DNA from: Candidatus Krumholzibacteriia bacterium
GTDB lineage: Bacteria > Krumholzibacteriota > Krumholzibacteriia > Krumholzibacteriales > Krumholzibacteriaceae
Length of the DNA stretch: 64,000 nucleotides
Direction: 5' to 3'
Assembly (NCBI GenBank): GCA_023131975.1
Contig: JAGLYV010000078.1
Location: forward strand, 73,240-137,239
Shown: positions 9,349-18,421 of the stretch, one piece after another
How positions within the stretch are numbered: the first letter of the stretch is position 1
Layout: every line of letters begins with the position of its first letter
Program-made: the position numbers and the translations under genes
The notes under the pieces: generated by a model
The model's database searches: none
What the model was told of the DNA's origin: nothing
The model's input: the letters and a program-made list of their open reading frames with translations, nothing else

Positions 9349-10854
9349 TCAATCTCCGCCTTTGACCATGACCAGTCTTACCCCGGTGAATTCCCAGATC
9401 CGGCCTTCTTCAGAAACGGAAGACAGGGTTTTCATGAATACTCCGTCAGGGTCTACTTCCCACTCACGGCTGCCCAGATACCAGACTCTACTGTAACTTG
9501 AGAGCTGTGATTCGATACGTACTCTCGTCTCTTCGTTCCCGATGAAAAGCGGAGAATATTCAACTACATCGATTTTCTTCTTGCAGTAGTACTCGAAAAC
9601 ATCCCTTCCGCAGGAGAGGATCACCAGGTCCCCGGCATCCGCATTTGCTGTGATCATGTCCGCCGCACTTCTGAAATCGTCTCTCGAATAACGATCGACC
9701 ATATGATAATTCCAGTTTGAATAGAGCATGATCAGGACTACCGCAGCAAATGCCGGCGGTGCCCAGACGCGCCTGTTTTGAATACCAAGTGCCAGCGTTG
9801 CTATGTATAGTGGGAAAAAACAAATCAGGTACCGCACATTAAACACCTTGATATTCATCAGGGCCGCCACAGTGACAAGGACGAACGTTGTCAGGGATAT
9901 CGAAAGGAATAATCCAAGGAGTCTCTCTCTGCGGCTCCTGTACAATCCGGCCACAGTCAGTAGAAAAAAAACGATCCCTGCCGGGATTATCCACCAGCCC
10001 TGGCTTTTCAGTAATTCTGTCCCCGACGATATCCTGTGAAGCTGATTAAGGTCCGGGCCGAACGAGAATCCGGTGGAAAAAGCATAAAAGGCGTAAGGGT
10101 AAGACCACCGATTCAGTGTCAATTCCCCTCTGAGTCGCGCCTCATCCGGTAAAGACGAGATCGAGACAACATCGATATTTCGAAGAAAATATATCTCGCG
10201 GTAGACCCACGGAGAGACCATGATCAGTGTAATCAGGGCTGCTAACAGCCCGGGGCGGAGCCATTTCCCTCTCAACCTGCCGGAGAGGGCGATATATACG
10301 AGGAATCCTCCGCAGAGAAAAAGCGCCATAAAATGAGACAGGCACGTCAGCCCCAGAGTAACGCCGAGAATTACACCGTTTTTTCGGGAGGGATCGTCGA
10401 GAAATCTCTTGAACGTTATCAGTGAGAGGATAATAAACAGAACAAGGACAGAATAGAATCTCATCTCCTGAGAATAGAATATATGAAAAGGACTGACTGC
10501 CAACAGAAACGCGCCGGTCAGGGCGGTCCTGGAGTCGGTTATCGACGACATCCATCTGTACATAAGTATCACAGATCCGACTCCGGCGACGGCCCCCGGA
10601 GTCCGGAGCCAGGTCTCAGAGGATCTCGCCATGCTCCAGAAGTGCATCACCAGCGAATATAGCGGACCGTGCATGTCCCAGAGAAGTTTCCTCCAATAGG
10701 ATATTCCCGGGGGTGGTGAAACATAGGAGCCCGCAGTAAGTATCTCGTCTATCCAGAACGATTGATGTCCAAGTCGATAAAAACGAAGCACCGCCGCGAT
10801 AATTACTATTCCCGAGAGGATCAGCATTCGTCTTCTGTGTTCATCAGATCTCAT
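9349..10854 (-). CDS. GT-C membrane glycosyltransferase (GT39/ArnT/PMT-like)
   Basis: LRFYRLGHQSFWIDE, HGPLY and YSQEMRFYS motifs; multiple TM helices and a soluble C-terminal domain. Confidence 0.75.
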   Translation of the reverse strand: MRSDEHRRRMLILSGIVIIAAVLRFYRLGHQSFWIDEILTAGSYVSPPPGISYWRKLLWDMHGPLYSLVMHFWSMARSSETWLRTPGAVAGVGSVILMYRWMSSITDSRTALTGAFLLAVSPFHIFYSQEMRFYSVLVLFIILSLITFKRFLDDPSRKNGVILGVTLGLTCLSHFMALFLCGGFLVYIALSGRLRGKWLRPGLLAALITLIMVSPWVYREIYFLRNIDVVSISSLPDEARLRGELTLNRWSYPYAFYAFSTGFSFGPDLNQLHRISSGTELLKSQGWWIIPAGIVFFLLTVAGLYRSRRERLLGLFLSISLTTFVLVTVAALMNIKVFNVRYLICFFPLYIATLALGIQNRRVWAPPAFAAVVLIMLYSNWNYHMVDRYSRDDFRSAADMITANADAGDLVILSCGRDVFEYYCKKKIDVVEYSPLFIGNEETRVRIESQLSSYSRVWYLGSREWEVDPDGVFMKTLSSVSEEGRIWEFTGVRLVMVKGGD

Positions 10855-10904
10855 AGAGGTTATTCTTAACTCAGTCGGAGAATAATTTCCAGTTGAAAAG
10901 GAAC

Positions 10905-11474
10905 TCAGCTCTTGATCACGAAAGTTATTAGCACAGCCGCAAAGACAACAAGAAGGTAGAACAGGAGTCTCGCGGGTGGAAAAGAAGTTTTTACTGATTT
11001 GCCGAAAGAAGTACTGCTTTTTGGTTGTCTGACCTGCTCTTCGCCAATGCGAGCCATACAGAACTGGCAGAAATCATCATCTTTGCCAAGTGAAAATCCG
11101 CACTTCCCGCAGGATTTCGGCCGGGCAGCTTTCATGTCCGGATTACTTTCCACCCCCACACTCTTCGGATCCTCACGCACAATCCTTCCAACTCCCCCTG
11201 CTTCTTCCACAAGCAGGAGAAGGCCATTCGCCTTCGATTTGGATGTTCCTTCCCACATCGAAACCGGCAGATTCCTTAAAATATATTTTATTTTTGTAAC
11301 GGGAATATTTGTCAGAAGACCAAATTTAATGGCGAAGGAGTCCAGAGTCTCGACCTGGTTCATCACTCCATCTATCACGACATGATAGCTGGCGCGTTTC
11401 CCCCCGGCTGAATTCCCCAGATCTATCCCCGACACTCCTGTGTCTCTTCTTTTTTCAGTCTTCGTTTCAGGCAT
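10905..11474 (-). CDS. Hypothetical membrane protein: L7/L12 C-terminal-like domain + zinc ribbon + C-terminal TM helix
   Basis: LPVSMWEGTSKSKANGLLLLVEEAGG resembles the L12 CTD; CGKC-x10-CQFC; hydrophobic C-terminus; GGGAGG SD before the ATG. Confidence 0.65.
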   Translation of the reverse strand: MPETKTEKRRDTGVSGIDLGNSAGGKRASYHVVIDGVMNQVETLDSFAIKFGLLTNIPVTKIKYILRNLPVSMWEGTSKSKANGLLLLVEEAGGVGRIVREDPKSVGVESNPDMKAARPKSCGKCGFSLGKDDDFCQFCMARIGEEQVRQPKSSTSFGKSVKTSFPPARLLFYLLVVFAAVLITFVIKS

Positions 11475-11499
11475 ACCTGTCCTCCCTTTCCGTTTTTTC

Positions 11500-11514
11500 G
11501 CATTATCCGTGCCA
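11500..11514 (-). promoter_or_regulatory. Sigma-54 (-24/-12) promoter candidate
   Basis: TGGCAC-GGATA-ATGC with GG and GC 10 nt apart, intergenic, 26 nt upstream of the ATG at 11474. Confidence 0.6.
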
Positions 11515-11577
11515 TATTGTGGAAAACACTCACGGACATCGCATAGAAAGGTTCATATGCCAGGTACGGTTACGGAA

Positions 11578-11958
11578 TCAGTCCTGTGCCATCTCGCAGA
11601 TCGTCTCTGTCCGCAACCCCTCATGCCCATCCAGATCGACGGCTGACACCTTGTAGCAGTATATCATGTTACCTATGAGGTCCTTGTCTATATACGTTGT
11701 ACCTGATGCAGTACCAACGAATTCCTCAAGACCATACATCTCATAGAAGTAATAGACCCTGAATTCGCTGACTTCACTTAAATCACCCGGATAAGTCCAT
11801 TCGAGCGTCAATTCGTTCGGGCTTGGGGTGACTGTGAATGCGGTCGGAGAATCCGGAGCAGAGAATTCGAATCCGGCAGGTGACTCACCATGATCGGCAC
11901 TGCAGGACATTATGAGTATCGACGATATTATCAATATCAGGCATGCAATACGCTTCAT
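11578..11958 (-). CDS. Lipoprotein with a fibronectin type III-like domain
   Basis: Start MKRIACL (AAGGAG SD); lipobox-like IMSC; LTLEWT...FRVY...YCYKVSAVD Fn3 pattern. Confidence 0.7.
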   Translation of the reverse strand: MKRIACLILIISSILIMSCSADHGESPAGFEFSAPDSPTAFTVTPSPNELTLEWTYPGDLSEVSEFRVYYFYEMYGLEEFVGTASGTTYIDKDLIGNMIYCYKVSAVDLDGHEGLRTETICEMAQD

Positions 11959-11972
11959 CTCGATCTCCTTCT

Positions 11973-12458
11973 CTAGAACGTGAATGTCCTGCATATCATA
12001 AATCCATCATGTCGAGGCTCCAATGTCAGTAGCGGAATCTCCGCTTCAGGCCCCCATATCATATCCGCTACTCCGACTACCCAGACTCCGATAGCCGCAC
12101 CAACCAGCATTTTCCTGTATTTATCAAGATTTTCGGCATCGTCCCAGGCCTCGACCATCTGAGAATGATAGAGCTGAGCATCCCCTATATAGCTGGCATT
12201 CTCGTACATTATCCTGGCATGGTCATAGACTTCGACCTTTCTGTCATACTGGATATCAGCTACCCCGAGCCATCCCAGCGCTACGATCTCCATCCCGAAC
12301 AGGAGTGTCCCCCTGGTATATCTGCCCGTACGAAACTGCCCAAGCCCCGGGAAAAGGGCAGAATAGACGATATCTTCCGCCTCGGCCGCAATCAGTCCGG
12401 TCGAAGGCAGCATGATCGATACAGCAAGAAATACCAGGACCAGCTTTTTCATCATCAT
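11973..12458 (-). CDS. Exported/membrane hypothetical protein (DUF5683-like)
   Basis: Signal peptide then YSALFPGLGQF...GRYTRG motif typical of this family. Confidence 0.55.
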   Translation of the reverse strand: MMMKKLVLVFLAVSIMLPSTGLIAAEAEDIVYSALFPGLGQFRTGRYTRGTLLFGMEIVALGWLGVADIQYDRKVEVYDHARIMYENASYIGDAQLYHSQMVEAWDDAENLDKYRKMLVGAAIGVWVVGVADMIWGPEAEIPLLTLEPRHDGFMICRTFTF

Positions 12459-12565
12459 TTCCTTCCTTTTATCTGATTAGCTACTCATTCCCTATCAATT
12501 ACGTCTAATCACGTATAATTGTTCCATTAAAGGCATAAAAACAGCAGGAACAGGACAATACCAGA

Positions 12566-12594
12566 TTGACACTCCACTGAAAAGAAATTAGTTT
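12566..12594 (+). promoter_or_regulatory. Sigma-70-type promoter of the ABC/AmmeMemoRadiSam operon
   Basis: TTGACA-N17-TAGTTT in the divergent intergenic region. Confidence 0.6.
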
Positions 12595-12664
12595 AAATTA
12601 CCAGTGTTTCGTGAACGTGAAGCATCGAGTCGACATGTTATTTTCGATGTCCGGAGGTAATGCT

Positions 12665-13612
12665 TTGATCCGTGTCAACGGACTCTCAAGAAATTATGGG
12701 TTAAACAAGGCTGTCGACAACCTCACCTTCGATGTAGCGAAGGGAGAGGTCCTTGGATTTCTCGGCCCGAACGGAGCCGGCAAAACGACAACGATGAAGA
12801 TGCTCACATGTTTTCTACCTCCTGATTCGGGCAGCGCTTCGATCTTTGGATACGATATCGTCAGAGATTCCATGGAAGTCCGAAAAAGGATAGGATACCT
12901 CCCGGAAAGATCACCACTCTATTCAGACATGAAAGTCCGCGACTATCTCCATTTCGTGGGCAGGCTGAAAGGTCTGGCCCCACCGCGCCTTAAAAGTGCG
13001 GTTGATAACGCCGTTTCCGGATGTGGCCTCGAGTCAGTTTTCCACAGTACTATCGCAAAACTTTCAAAAGGTTATCAGCAACGTGTCGGAATAGCCCAGG
13101 CCATCCTGCACGATCCTGAACTGCTCATCCTTGATGAACCGACGATAGGTCTTGATCCAAGACAGATAATCGACATCCGGCAACTGATCCGCAACCTGGG
13201 GCGTGACCGTACAGTGATCCTCAGCAGTCATATCCTGCCCGAAGTGAATCAGGTGTGCGACAGGGTGATTATCATAAACAAGGGGAAACTTGTCGCGGTC
13301 GATTCTCCTGATAATCTTCGTGAAAGGCTTAGGAAATCGTCGGTAACCAGGCTCTCTATCGGCAATTCTGTACCGTCCGGAGATATCACCATTGCTCTCG
13401 AATCAATAGAGGGAATACTTCTCGTGAGCAAAGAATACGATGACGGATCGATATCGAAGTATATCATCGAATCGGAAATTGATTCAGATATCCGAAACGC
13501 GATAATCAGGAAACTTGTCAGTGAGGACATCCCTCTTCTCGAGATATATAACGAGGAACTTTCTCTGGAGGACATCTTCATCCAGCTCGTTACCGAGGAG
13601 GCACCCTCTTGA
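12665..13612 (+). CDS. ABC transporter ATP-binding protein, GldA-like
   Basis: GPNGAGKTT, LSKGYQQRVG, LILDEPT, SSHILPEV; TTG start at 12665 chosen for the GGAGG SD 7 nt upstream (track start 12611). Confidence 0.9.
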   Translation: MIRVNGLSRNYGLNKAVDNLTFDVAKGEVLGFLGPNGAGKTTTMKMLTCFLPPDSGSASIFGYDIVRDSMEVRKRIGYLPERSPLYSDMKVRDYLHFVGRLKGLAPPRLKSAVDNAVSGCGLESVFHSTIAKLSKGYQQRVGIAQAILHDPELLILDEPTIGLDPRQIIDIRQLIRNLGRDRTVILSSHILPEVNQVCDRVIIINKGKLVAVDSPDNLRERLRKSSVTRLSIGNSVPSGDITIALESIEGILLVSKEYDDGSISKYIIESEIDSDIRNAIIRKLVSEDIPLLEIYNEELSLEDIFIQLVTEEAPS

Positions 13613-14379
13613 AGAAATTCGGCGCGATATACAGAAAAGAACTCAAGTACTATTTCACGTCTGTGACTGCATACGTCACGATAACAGTCTTCCTGGTACT
13701 TTCGGGTTATTTTTTCTTCTCAATATTCAGAGTCTACAACCTGCTTTCACTTCAGGCGATCAAGAATAACGACTTCAGCGGCAACCTCAATCTTATTGAC
13801 GGAGTGATGAGGCCTCTGATGGGCAACTTCAGCATTATCCTTCTCATCCTCCTTCCTCTTCTGACAATGAGGCTTCTGGCAGAAGAAAGGAAACAGGGCA
13901 CATTCGAACTTCTTTTGACCTACCCTGTAACGGACATGGCTGTGGTCGCCGGGAAATATTTCTCCGCTTTGACGGTCTATACTGTAATGCTCGCGTCCAC
14001 TCTTCTTTATCCCATCCTGTTGATCATTTTCACCGACCCGGAAATAATGCCTTTGGTGTCAGGCTATCTTGGGCTGTTTCTGATGGGCGCGTCATTTATC
14101 TCGATAGGAACCTTCTTTTCAGCGACCACCTCGAACCAGATGGTCGCAGGCGTAGCCACATTCGGGGTCACACTTCTTTTTCTTATAATTGGATGGACCG
14201 CTCCCTTCGCGGGGCCAACGGCCTCGGCGATACTTTCCGAGTTTTCGATACTGTTTCATCTCGATTCCTTCACAAAGGGGATAATAGATACAAGGGATAT
14301 ATCCTATTATCTATTCCTGAGCGGTTTCTTCTTTTTTCTCACACTCAAGTCACTTGAGTCAAACAGGTGGAAGATCTGA
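13609..14379 (+). CDS. ABC-2 permease, GldF-like
   Basis: KELKYYF, PLLTMRLLAEERKQGTFELLLTYPV, FTKGIIDTRD; TTGA overlap with the ATPase gene. Confidence 0.88.
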   Translation: MKKFGAIYRKELKYYFTSVTAYVTITVFLVLSGYFFFSIFRVYNLLSLQAIKNNDFSGNLNLIDGVMRPLMGNFSIILLILLPLLTMRLLAEERKQGTFELLLTYPVTDMAVVAGKYFSALTVYTVMLASTLLYPILLIIFTDPEIMPLVSGYLGLFLMGASFISIGTFFSATTSNQMVAGVATFGVTLLFLIIGWTAPFAGPTASAILSEFSILFHLDSFTKGIIDTRDISYYLFLSGFFFFLTLKSLESNRWKI

Positions 14380-15944
14380 TGAAGGATAATCTCAGAAAGA
14401 TCATAGGCCCCACCGGCCTGATACTTACAGTAATCGGGAGTGTTATATACGGCATTCTCTTTGAGAGCGGATGGATTGCTTTCATCCCTCTTTTTGCCGG
14501 TCTCACTCTCTCCATCCTCGCATTGATAATCGAAGTTCGAGTCTCGTCATCCGAGGGACGCAGGCGTTCGGCCAGATTCGGGATAAACACAGGTGTGACT
14601 ATAGTAGTCGTTGCTGCTCTCCTGTTCTTCGCGCAGACTCTTTCAAAACGCCACAGCCTGAGAATAGACACCACAAGTAACAGAAGGTTCTCCATTTCCC
14701 TTCAGACGGCTAAAGTGCTGAAAAACCTGAAAGACGATATAAGATTCACCTGTTTTTTCAGAGAAGGTGTTCCTGAAAAAACAGAAGTTTTCGACTTACT
14801 TTCAGAATACAGGGTCACCACACCAAAGATAAGCTTCCGCTTCATCGATCCTGACCAGGACCCGATTACCGCAAGAAGATACGAGTTGAAGGATTACAAC
14901 AATATCTACATTGAATCCGGGGACCGCATCGATCTTTTGGAAAACTGGTCGGAACAGCGTATCACAAACGCTATAAAAGCTATCCTTTCCGGAGGAAGGA
15001 AAAAGGTATACTTTACGACTGGCCATGGTGAAAGGTCTATCGAAGACAAAGAACCCTCCGGCCTGAGTTCACTTGCCGAAGCGTTGAGGATTGAAAATTT
15101 CGAGACAGCAGATTTCCTGCCTCTCGGAAGCGACAAGATCCCATCCGACTGCAAACTGCTGGTAATAGCCGGTCCCAAAAAAGACATCCTGAGACCGGAG
15201 CGAAACCTGATATTTGACTATTTGACTTCCGGTGGAAACATACTTCTTCTCCTCGATCCGATCGCCGAGATTCCTTACATCGTATCGGTTGCTTCAGCCT
15301 TCGGGATAGGGGTCGGCGACGACATCATCATCGACACATTCGGAAAGACTCTCGCCGGCAATTACCTCACTCCTGTGGTAAACCAGTACGGGACTCATCC
15401 GATAACCGATCAATTTCGGCTTTTTTCCTTTTTCCCCCAGGCAAGATCCATCAACGTCAGGGAAAATCTGCCGGATGGCGTAATAGTCACAATCCTTGGA
15501 AAGACCGATGATGAGGCCTATGCCGAGACCAGTATCGACACTCTTTTGAATATCGGCAAGACGCAGTTCGAAGCTCCCGACGACCTTCCAGGCCCTATAT
15601 CTCTCATAGCTGCCGGAGAAATGGGACTTCCTCCAGCTCCTGGAGACACACTATTCGACTCCCCTGAGAAAAAAACCAGGGCCGTTGTTTTCGGCGACAG
15701 TGATTTCACCGCCAACGGCAACATCAGGCTGTCCGGAAACCGCGATCTTATTCTGAATACGATCAACTGGCTGGCCGAGGAAGAGGATCTGATCTCTATA
15801 AGACCCGCGGATCGACTCAACCAGCCGGTACTGCTTTCTTCACGCCAGGGCCTGGTTGTATTCTGGTTGTCTGTTATCGGATTCCCGGCTCTCTTCGCCC
15901 TGGCCGGATTGTTCGTCACTCTCCGCATCCGCCGTTCGGATTGA
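14379..15944 (+). CDS. GldG-like ABC auxiliary component
   Basis: Three N-terminal TMs, RIDTT-N-RFS, FIDPDQDP, VYFTTGHGE, VFGDSDF, C-terminal TM; TGATG overlap with the permease gene. Confidence 0.85.
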   Translation: MKDNLRKIIGPTGLILTVIGSVIYGILFESGWIAFIPLFAGLTLSILALIIEVRVSSSEGRRRSARFGINTGVTIVVVAALLFFAQTLSKRHSLRIDTTSNRRFSISLQTAKVLKNLKDDIRFTCFFREGVPEKTEVFDLLSEYRVTTPKISFRFIDPDQDPITARRYELKDYNNIYIESGDRIDLLENWSEQRITNAIKAILSGGRKKVYFTTGHGERSIEDKEPSGLSSLAEALRIENFETADFLPLGSDKIPSDCKLLVIAGPKKDILRPERNLIFDYLTSGGNILLLLDPIAEIPYIVSVASAFGIGVGDDIIIDTFGKTLAGNYLTPVVNQYGTHPITDQFRLFSFFPQARSINVRENLPDGVIVTILGKTDDEAYAETSIDTLLNIGKTQFEAPDDLPGPISLIAAGEMGLPPAPGDTLFDSPEKKTRAVVFGDSDFTANGNIRLSGNRDLILNTINWLAEEEDLISIRPADRLNQPVLLSSRQGLVVFWLSVIGFPALFALAGLFVTLRIRRSD

Positions 15945-15953
15945 GAGGCACTC

Positions 15954-17300
15954 ATGACCTGGAAGACTCCCGTAATCCTCACCTGCATTCTCGTAGTGAT
16001 CGTGGGCTATTTTTTCATCGTGGATCAGGCTGGACATGATAAATCTGAGCTTGAGAAAAGGATTGCAAGAACAGTACTCCCCTACACTATCGAAGAAGTC
16101 GACAGCGTCCACTTCACTAATCCCGTGGGAGAAAACATAAATTTCCTCCGCGATGAGAGCGGCTGGCTCATCGTCTATCCGACGGTTGCACGCGGCGCCC
16201 TTTCTACAATCGAATACTTTATCACCCAGATGATACCCGGTATAAAGAAAAACGAATTCGTACCTGGCGGCAACCTGGCTGATTATGGTCTTTTTCCTCC
16301 TTACGCGATAGTCGTATTCTTTAACGGCACCTCCGGGCGGATCGATACTATGCTCATCGGCGATTCGACTCCGCTGACTTCTCAATGCTACGTTCGCATC
16401 GGAGGGGATGACAGGATATTCGTTACAAGAGACCTCACCCGTAATCTCGTAAAAAAGACTCTATATCATCTTCGTGAGAAATCTTTCATGGACCTTTCTC
16501 CTGATTCCATCTCCGCTTTCAGCGTAAGGACCGGGGAAAGCAGTGTCACTTTCGAGAACCGTCTCGGCGCGTGGCTGATCAGAGGGACAAGGATAGGCGC
16601 CGACAAGAATCTCATACAACCGTACCTTACAGGTATCACCGAAGCCATTATCCAGGAATTTGCTGCTGAAAATACCGGGGCCCTTTCTGAATTCGGTATC
16701 TGCGACTCCTGCAGGGACCTTACCCTCTTCACCGACTCGGATTCGATAACGATATCATTCGGAGGGACCACAGGCGACCTCGTGTACGCTGTCCGCAGAG
16801 GGACTGGAAAAGTGGTTCGCCTGGAAAAGAAACTCGATCGGATATTCGACTGGCTTGATGAAGATGTCCTGGTCATGAACATCTCGTATTTCATCCCTGA
16901 TCAGGTACACTCCCTCACATGGGAAACAGCCGATCGTTCACAGACAATAAGTCGTGAAGTCGATCTCTGGAAGACTGGCTCTTCCATGCCGGTAATCATC
17001 ACTACAAAGAACGTCCACTATCTGCTTACTCTTCTCCGGGGGCTGGTCTTTGATTCTATTGTCACAGTCGGAGAAAAAATTGACTTCGACGCTCCGATCG
17101 GAGATTCTACGACGAAGATCAGTCTTAGAGATATCAATGGTCAGACCATCGACGTCATATTGATATCCAGGGAAATCGACGGCAGCGAAAAAGCCGCGTC
17201 TATTACGACCGGCACATCGGGAACGATCAAAACCAACACATTTGATGAAATAAGAAGGGTATATGCAAGGTTCATACGGGAAGGTGACAGCCTGAAATGA
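15954..17300 (+). CDS. DUF4340-like periplasmic protein with N-terminal TM anchor
   Basis: N-terminal TM, repeated W-I...A units, LADYGL-PP motif; usual position after GldG-like genes. Confidence 0.7.
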   Translation: MTWKTPVILTCILVVIVGYFFIVDQAGHDKSELEKRIARTVLPYTIEEVDSVHFTNPVGENINFLRDESGWLIVYPTVARGALSTIEYFITQMIPGIKKNEFVPGGNLADYGLFPPYAIVVFFNGTSGRIDTMLIGDSTPLTSQCYVRIGGDDRIFVTRDLTRNLVKKTLYHLREKSFMDLSPDSISAFSVRTGESSVTFENRLGAWLIRGTRIGADKNLIQPYLTGITEAIIQEFAAENTGALSEFGICDSCRDLTLFTDSDSITISFGGTTGDLVYAVRRGTGKVVRLEKKLDRIFDWLDEDVLVMNISYFIPDQVHSLTWETADRSQTISREVDLWKTGSSMPVIITTKNVHYLLTLLRGLVFDSIVTVGEKIDFDAPIGDSTTKISLRDINGQTIDVILISREIDGSEKAASITTGTSGTIKTNTFDEIRRVYARFIREGDSLK

Positions 17301-18421
17301 AACGAAATTCTCCGGGCATATTGACTCGCAGAAGTTTTCTCGCCGGGTGTTCAGCGTTTTTTGTTTCAGGTATAGCCTCACCTCTGTCCTCCCTTGCTTC
17401 CCCCGCATTGTCTCCTCTTGAGGCGCGCTTCTATTCGAAGCTGAAGGGGGGAAAAACAATATGCGGACTCTGCCCCCACGGATGCATCATTGACAGCGGT
17501 GAACGGGGGCTGTGTGGAGTAAGGGAAAACCGTGACGGTATTCTTTACTCGCTCGTCTATGGTCTCCCCTGTTCGATCCACCTCGACCCTATCGAGAAAA
17601 AACCTTTTTTTCACTTCCTGCCAGGTTCTTCATCTCTATCGATCTCGACCGTCGGATGCAATATGACCTGCAAATTCTGTCAGAACTGGCAGATATCCCA
17701 ATCATCACCGGAGGATCTTGACACAGATCATCTATCTCCGGAATCGGTCGCGGCCAGGGCCTCTACTCTGGGCGCACGTTCCATCTCTTTCACGTATGGG
17801 GAACCGGTAGTCTTCTACGAGTATATGACCGACATCGCCCTTTCCGCGCGTGATAGAGAGCTGTACAGCGCCGTTGTCACTAACGGCTATTATTCACCGG
17901 ACGCGATCCGTCAGCTCTGCGGTCTGGTAAACGCTGTCAAGATCGACCTCAAATCATTCAGCGAATCATATTACAGAGACATCTGCGGAGCCACTCTACA
18001 GCCTGTCCTGGAAAGCATGAAGATCATCAGGGATTCCGGCACGTGGATGGAGATCGTGTATCTGATGGTTCCCGGACTCAACGACAGCCGGGAAGAGATA
18101 GAGCAGATGGCACGATGGATAGTCGATGAACTGGGCATGGATGTCCCCGTCCATATCTCCCGCTTTTTTCCGCAATACAGGCTGGCTAATCTTCCTCCGA
18201 CTCCCCTCTCTTCTCTTGAATCAGCATACGGCATAATGCGTGATGCTGGTGTCAGGTATGTCTATCTAGGCAACCTGCCTGATCACAGATCCATGAGTAC
18301 CTATTGCCATTCCTGTGGAAAGAAGATAATATCGAGAAAAGGCTACAGGATTTCATCCATATCCTTGAATAATGGAAACTGCGGATTCTGCGGAGAGGAG
18401 ATCCCGGGAATATGGTCCTGA
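17297..18421 (+). CDS. amrS: AmmeMemoRadiSam system radical SAM enzyme with a Tat-like N-terminus
   Basis: CGLCPHGC...GLCGVR, DPIEKKPFFHF, CNMTCKFCQNWQISQ (CxxxCxxC), C-terminal CHSC/CGFC; N-terminal TRRSFLAG. Confidence 0.92.
   Translation: MKRNSPGILTRRSFLAGCSAFFVSGIASPLSSLASPALSPLEARFYSKLKGGKTICGLCPHGCIIDSGERGLCGVRENRDGILYSLVYGLPCSIHLDPIEKKPFFHFLPGSSSLSISTVGCNMTCKFCQNWQISQSSPEDLDTDHLSPESVAARASTLGARSISFTYGEPVVFYEYMTDIALSARDRELYSAVVTNGYYSPDAIRQLCGLVNAVKIDLKSFSESYYRDICGATLQPVLESMKIIRDSGTWMEIVYLMVPGLNDSREEIEQMARWIVDELGMDVPVHISRFFPQYRLANLPPTPLSSLESAYGIMRDAGVRYVYLGNLPDHRSMSTYCHSCGKKIISRKGYRISSISLNNGNCGFCGEEIPGIWS

Noticed and set aside
12531-12545. GG-N10-GC sigma-54-like spacing before the ABC operon
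   Set aside because: AGGCATAAAAACAGC lacks the conserved flanking T residues, and a good sigma-70 promoter lies just downstream
12665-15944. Reading the GldA/F/G-like genes as evidence of gliding motility
   Set aside because: This ABC family is widespread in non-gliding bacteria and no gldK-N or spr genes are in the window
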